Positions 61,722 to 64,000 of a stretch of DNA of 64,000 bases are shown here, piece by piece; position 1 is the stretch's first letter, and every line of letters starts with the position of its first letter. The DNA comes from a virus. Both the position numbers and the translations under genes were made by a program. The stretch is taken from IMG/VR virus record IMGVR_UViG_3300045988_095445, one strand, 5' to 3'. Below the pieces are notes generated by a model. The model was not told the DNA's origin and ran no database searches. It saw only the letters and a program-made list of their open reading frames with translations.

Positions 61722-61724
61722 ATC

Positions 61725-62327
61725 TTATACCTTTAGTCTCTTGTTGAGTTCAGCAATTAGCTCCTCGTTAGTAAAGTCACTAAGAGATTTCCCATTTTTA
61801 TCAAGAATGAAAGCCGGCGCCAGACCGTGGCTGATGCCGTAGTAGGTGTAGCTCGCAGATCCATCGGTGTCGACATAGCAAACGTGGTTCGAGGCCCAAT
61901 TATCCTTTTCAGGGCTTCCCCAAGGAGTAACAAGCCAGAACGAATCCTTGATATGAGGGGTTAGGATATGATTATACTTTCGATATTCATCGAAGGTAAG
62001 TGGTGCAACAGCGGTATTTAGCGAATCATATCCTTTATATCCATCCATTGCAGTCAGGTCGACATCGCGCGGAATAGCCTTAATGCCAGTTTTCTTAAGC
62101 CAAGCCTCAGCGCCCTTCCGCAATGTACTCTCTTTATAGTTATTAGAATTTCCAAAGACAAAATCAATTCCTACTTCAAGTGCAATTACGAAGGGGTTAC
62201 CATCAATTTCGTCAAGAACAAGGCACTTTACTCCATTTACAGTAATAGTCTCACCAATCATATTTCTCTTCCTTTCTTTAATTAGAATACTCTTCAACCA
62301 TTTGAGAAAGCATATCAATTTCATCAT
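61725..62327 (-). CDS. Hypothetical protein (200 aa).
   Basis: Intact ORF. Confidence 0.3.
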   Translation of the reverse strand: MMKLICFLKWLKSILIKERKRNMIGETITVNGVKCLVLDEIDGNPFVIALEVGIDFVFGNSNNYKESTLRKGAEAWLKKTGIKAIPRDVDLTAMDGYKGYDSLNTAVAPLTFDEYRKYNHILTPHIKDSFWLVTPWGSPEKDNWASNHVCYVDTDGSASYTYYGISHGLAPAFILDKNGKSLSDFTNEELIAELNKRLKV

Positions 62328-62485
62328 CTGTTATATTATCAAAAAAGATACCGTATTTTGCGCAGATTTGAGCTTGCTGAGAAGTCCATGGCTTTGAAGC
62401 CAATTCTCGAGCAGCCAGTTCAAAAGCGCCAGTGTATGCGAAAAATGACATATCCATATTTTATACCTCCTCTACAGAATCAAAC

Positions 62486-62839
62486 TCATGAATTAAGATT
62501 GCTGATTTTTTCTGCGCAAATTTCATCGGGACAGTAAACAATATGTCCACTTTTTAGCAAGGAAAGAAAGTCACTTTGATAGTAAGTACGACCTCCGAAC
62601 TCGTTGCGAATTTTATATCCTTCATCAACAGAATAGAGATCTCTTACATTATTATCTACTTCGCATAATCGCCAAGTTGGGTCTCCATTATTAATGCTGA
62701 CTCCAAGAACCGGAATAGGACTATAAGTTTCTTGAATAGCGAAGAATTTAGCTCTTTTGAGTTGGTCTGTATCAGAAAAGCCGAGGAACTCGCAGATTCT
62801 TACAGTGGAGTTCTTATATCCTAGTTCACTAATCTTCAT
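62486..62839 (-). CDS. Hypothetical protein (117 aa).
   Basis: Intact ORF preceded by the conserved promoter-leader. Confidence 0.3.
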   Translation of the reverse strand: MKISELGYKNSTVRICEFLGFSDTDQLKRAKFFAIQETYSPIPVLGVSINNGDPTWRLCEVDNNVRDLYSVDEGYKIRNEFGGRTYYQSDFLSLLKSGHIVYCPDEICAEKISNLNS

Positions 62840-63014
62840 AATTTTTACTTCCTTTCCTTAACTTTCTATATATATTATATAATAATTTTATAAAAAAATA
62901 AAGACACTCTTAAAAGAGCGTCTTTATTTTACATAATTCTCTTGGATGCGGGAATTTTTTAGGCAGAGAAATTGACAATCCCGCGGTAATTTTAATAAAA
63001 TGGTCATAGAGGTA

Positions 63015-63140
63015 TTTTTGTCCAAAATTTTCTAACGAGTGTCCGATTTTTTCTAATGACTTGTCCAAAATTTTCTAATGTATTGATTGTTCTATTGTTT
63101 ATAATTTTAGAAAAAAGTTTAACAAATTTTAGGACAAAAC
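63015..63140. repeat. Iteron/operator array in the divergent control region: TTGTCCAAAATTTTCTAA x2, GTGTCCGATTTTTTCTAATGA, and an inverted TTTTAGGACAAAA.
   Basis: Direct repeats at 63018-63035 and 63061-63078, a variant at 63040-63060 and an inverted copy at 63127-63139. They are flanked by sigma70-like promoters (TTGACA at 62973 and TATAAT at 63154) that drive the plus-strand RHH and Rep genes. Confidence 0.5.
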
Positions 63141-63189
63141 CGGAAAATTATGTTATAATAAAAGTAAAGAATAGTAGAGAGGTGATTTT

Positions 63190-63333
63190 ATGAATTATTC
63201 CACTGTTTCTGTTAGATTAACAGAGGAAGAGAAGAAAGATTTGGAAGTCTTTGCTAAGAGTTGTGATTTAACAATGTCTTAGGTAATTAGAAAGGCTGTT
63301 AAAGAATATATTGAGAAAAATAAAATAGACTAA
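63190..63333 (+). CDS. Ribbon-helix-helix (CopG/Arc-like) DNA-binding protein with one in-frame TAG (63280-63282).
   Basis: MNYSTVSVRLTEEEKKDLEVFAKSCDLTMS*VIRKAVKEYIEKNKID; RBS GAGAGGTGA; plus strand. Confidence 0.5.
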
Positions 63334-63349
63334 AGGAGATTAAACCAAA

Positions 63350-63934
63350 TGACTAATGATACTTATAAAGTTTTTACGGTAAAGTTAGCACGCAAACTCT
63401 GTGATCTTGGTTTTATTATTGTTGGAACTGTTCCTAATGTTTAGAAACCTTGGTTAAATGTCTATCTTTTTGAAGATAGTTAGGATTTAAGGGATGCAGT
63501 TTAGAAATATAAAGGGATAAGTTCGTTATTGGAGGATGATTGCCATGGCAGACAAAAAAAGAAGTCCTAATTAGCGAACTATTAATCATATTCATAAGGA
63601 ACCATGTGATACTAATAATATATATGCTAGGATTAATAAGGAAGCGTTATTTGCGGCCCGTAGAGAGTTGACAGATGGAGAGTTCTCTTTGTGGATATTT
63701 TTTGCTAGTCAATCTGAGAGGTTAACTGATTATGATTTTGGGCCTACTATTATAGAAAAAGAGCTTGGTATAAAGAGAGCGAAATATACAAGTGCAGTAG
63801 ATGGATTGGTAAAAAAGGGATATTTAGTTCCAGTTGAGAGAGAAGGATATTACGATTTTTACGAGATTCCTATTGATAGTGACGACGATAAGTATAATTA
63901 TATAGCTCCAGATGGAGAGAAATTTTCTTTTTAA
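63350..63934 (+). CDS. Replication-initiator-like DNA-binding protein (RepA_N-like N-terminus) read through 4 in-frame TAGs.
   Basis: MTNDTYKVFTVKLARKLCDLGFIIVGTVPNV*KPWLNVYLFEDS*DLRDAV*KYKG...AMADKKRSPN*RTINH...FSLWIFFASQSERL... is a single frame from the ATG at 63350 (AAAGGAG RBS) to the TAA at 63932; track ORF 63668..63934 is its tail. Confidence 0.45.
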
Positions 63935-64000
63935 TCGTATTTCTGCAATACTATGATTTCATGGTATTCTGACAATACTATGATTTCATGGTATTCTGAC

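Noticed and set aside
20188-62920. Dispersed about 50 nt repeats as a possible CRISPR array or MITE-like mobile element.
   Set aside because: The copies are not tandem with unique spacers. Each sits at a fixed distance upstream of a gene start and contains -35/-10 and SD elements, so the family is a promoter-leader, not CRISPR or a transposon.
1-64000. Integrase, attachment sites, transposases, or an rRNA or CRISPR array.
   Set aside because: None was recognisable: there are no tyrosine or serine recombinase motifs, no terminal inverted repeats flanking a transposase, and no rRNA-like conserved stretches. The window looks like a virulent-phage chromosome segment.

Overview
This 64 kb window is AT-rich (about 30% GC), and almost every gene lies on the minus strand. 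It looks like part of a large virulent phage of a Gram-positive, S-layer-bearing (Firmicutes-like) host; the evidence is an endolysin with an SLH-like wall-binding domain plus SPOR domains. A minus-strand early/replication block includes DnaB-like helicase, a primase fragment, a Sak4-like ATPase, ThyX, ATP-dependent DNA ligase, type II topoisomerase A and B subunits, RNase H and a PhoH-like ATPase. Downstream sit a lysis cassette, an RNA-repair module, a NAD+ salvage module, a large tRNA island with a tmRNA, and TAG-laden tail-fibre genes.

Three observations dominate.
1. Amber (TAG) codons are read as sense in many genes. At least 16 genes carry in-frame TAGs. A tRNA with a CUA anticodon sits at 37550-37625. 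A paralogue alignment points to TAG = Gln.
2. A eukaryote-like major vault protein homologue (813 aa) sits next to a Ro60/TEP1-like TROVE+vWA protein. Directly upstream of both are atypical tRNA-like RNAs.
3. The tRNA island has about 30 tRNAs, several with non-canonical architecture. About 20 copies of one conserved promoter-leader are scattered through the window.

Several genes show single-nucleotide frame breaks at homopolymers, which suggests assembly indels. All calls are made from the sequence by hand; coordinates of RNA genes are +/- 2 nt.
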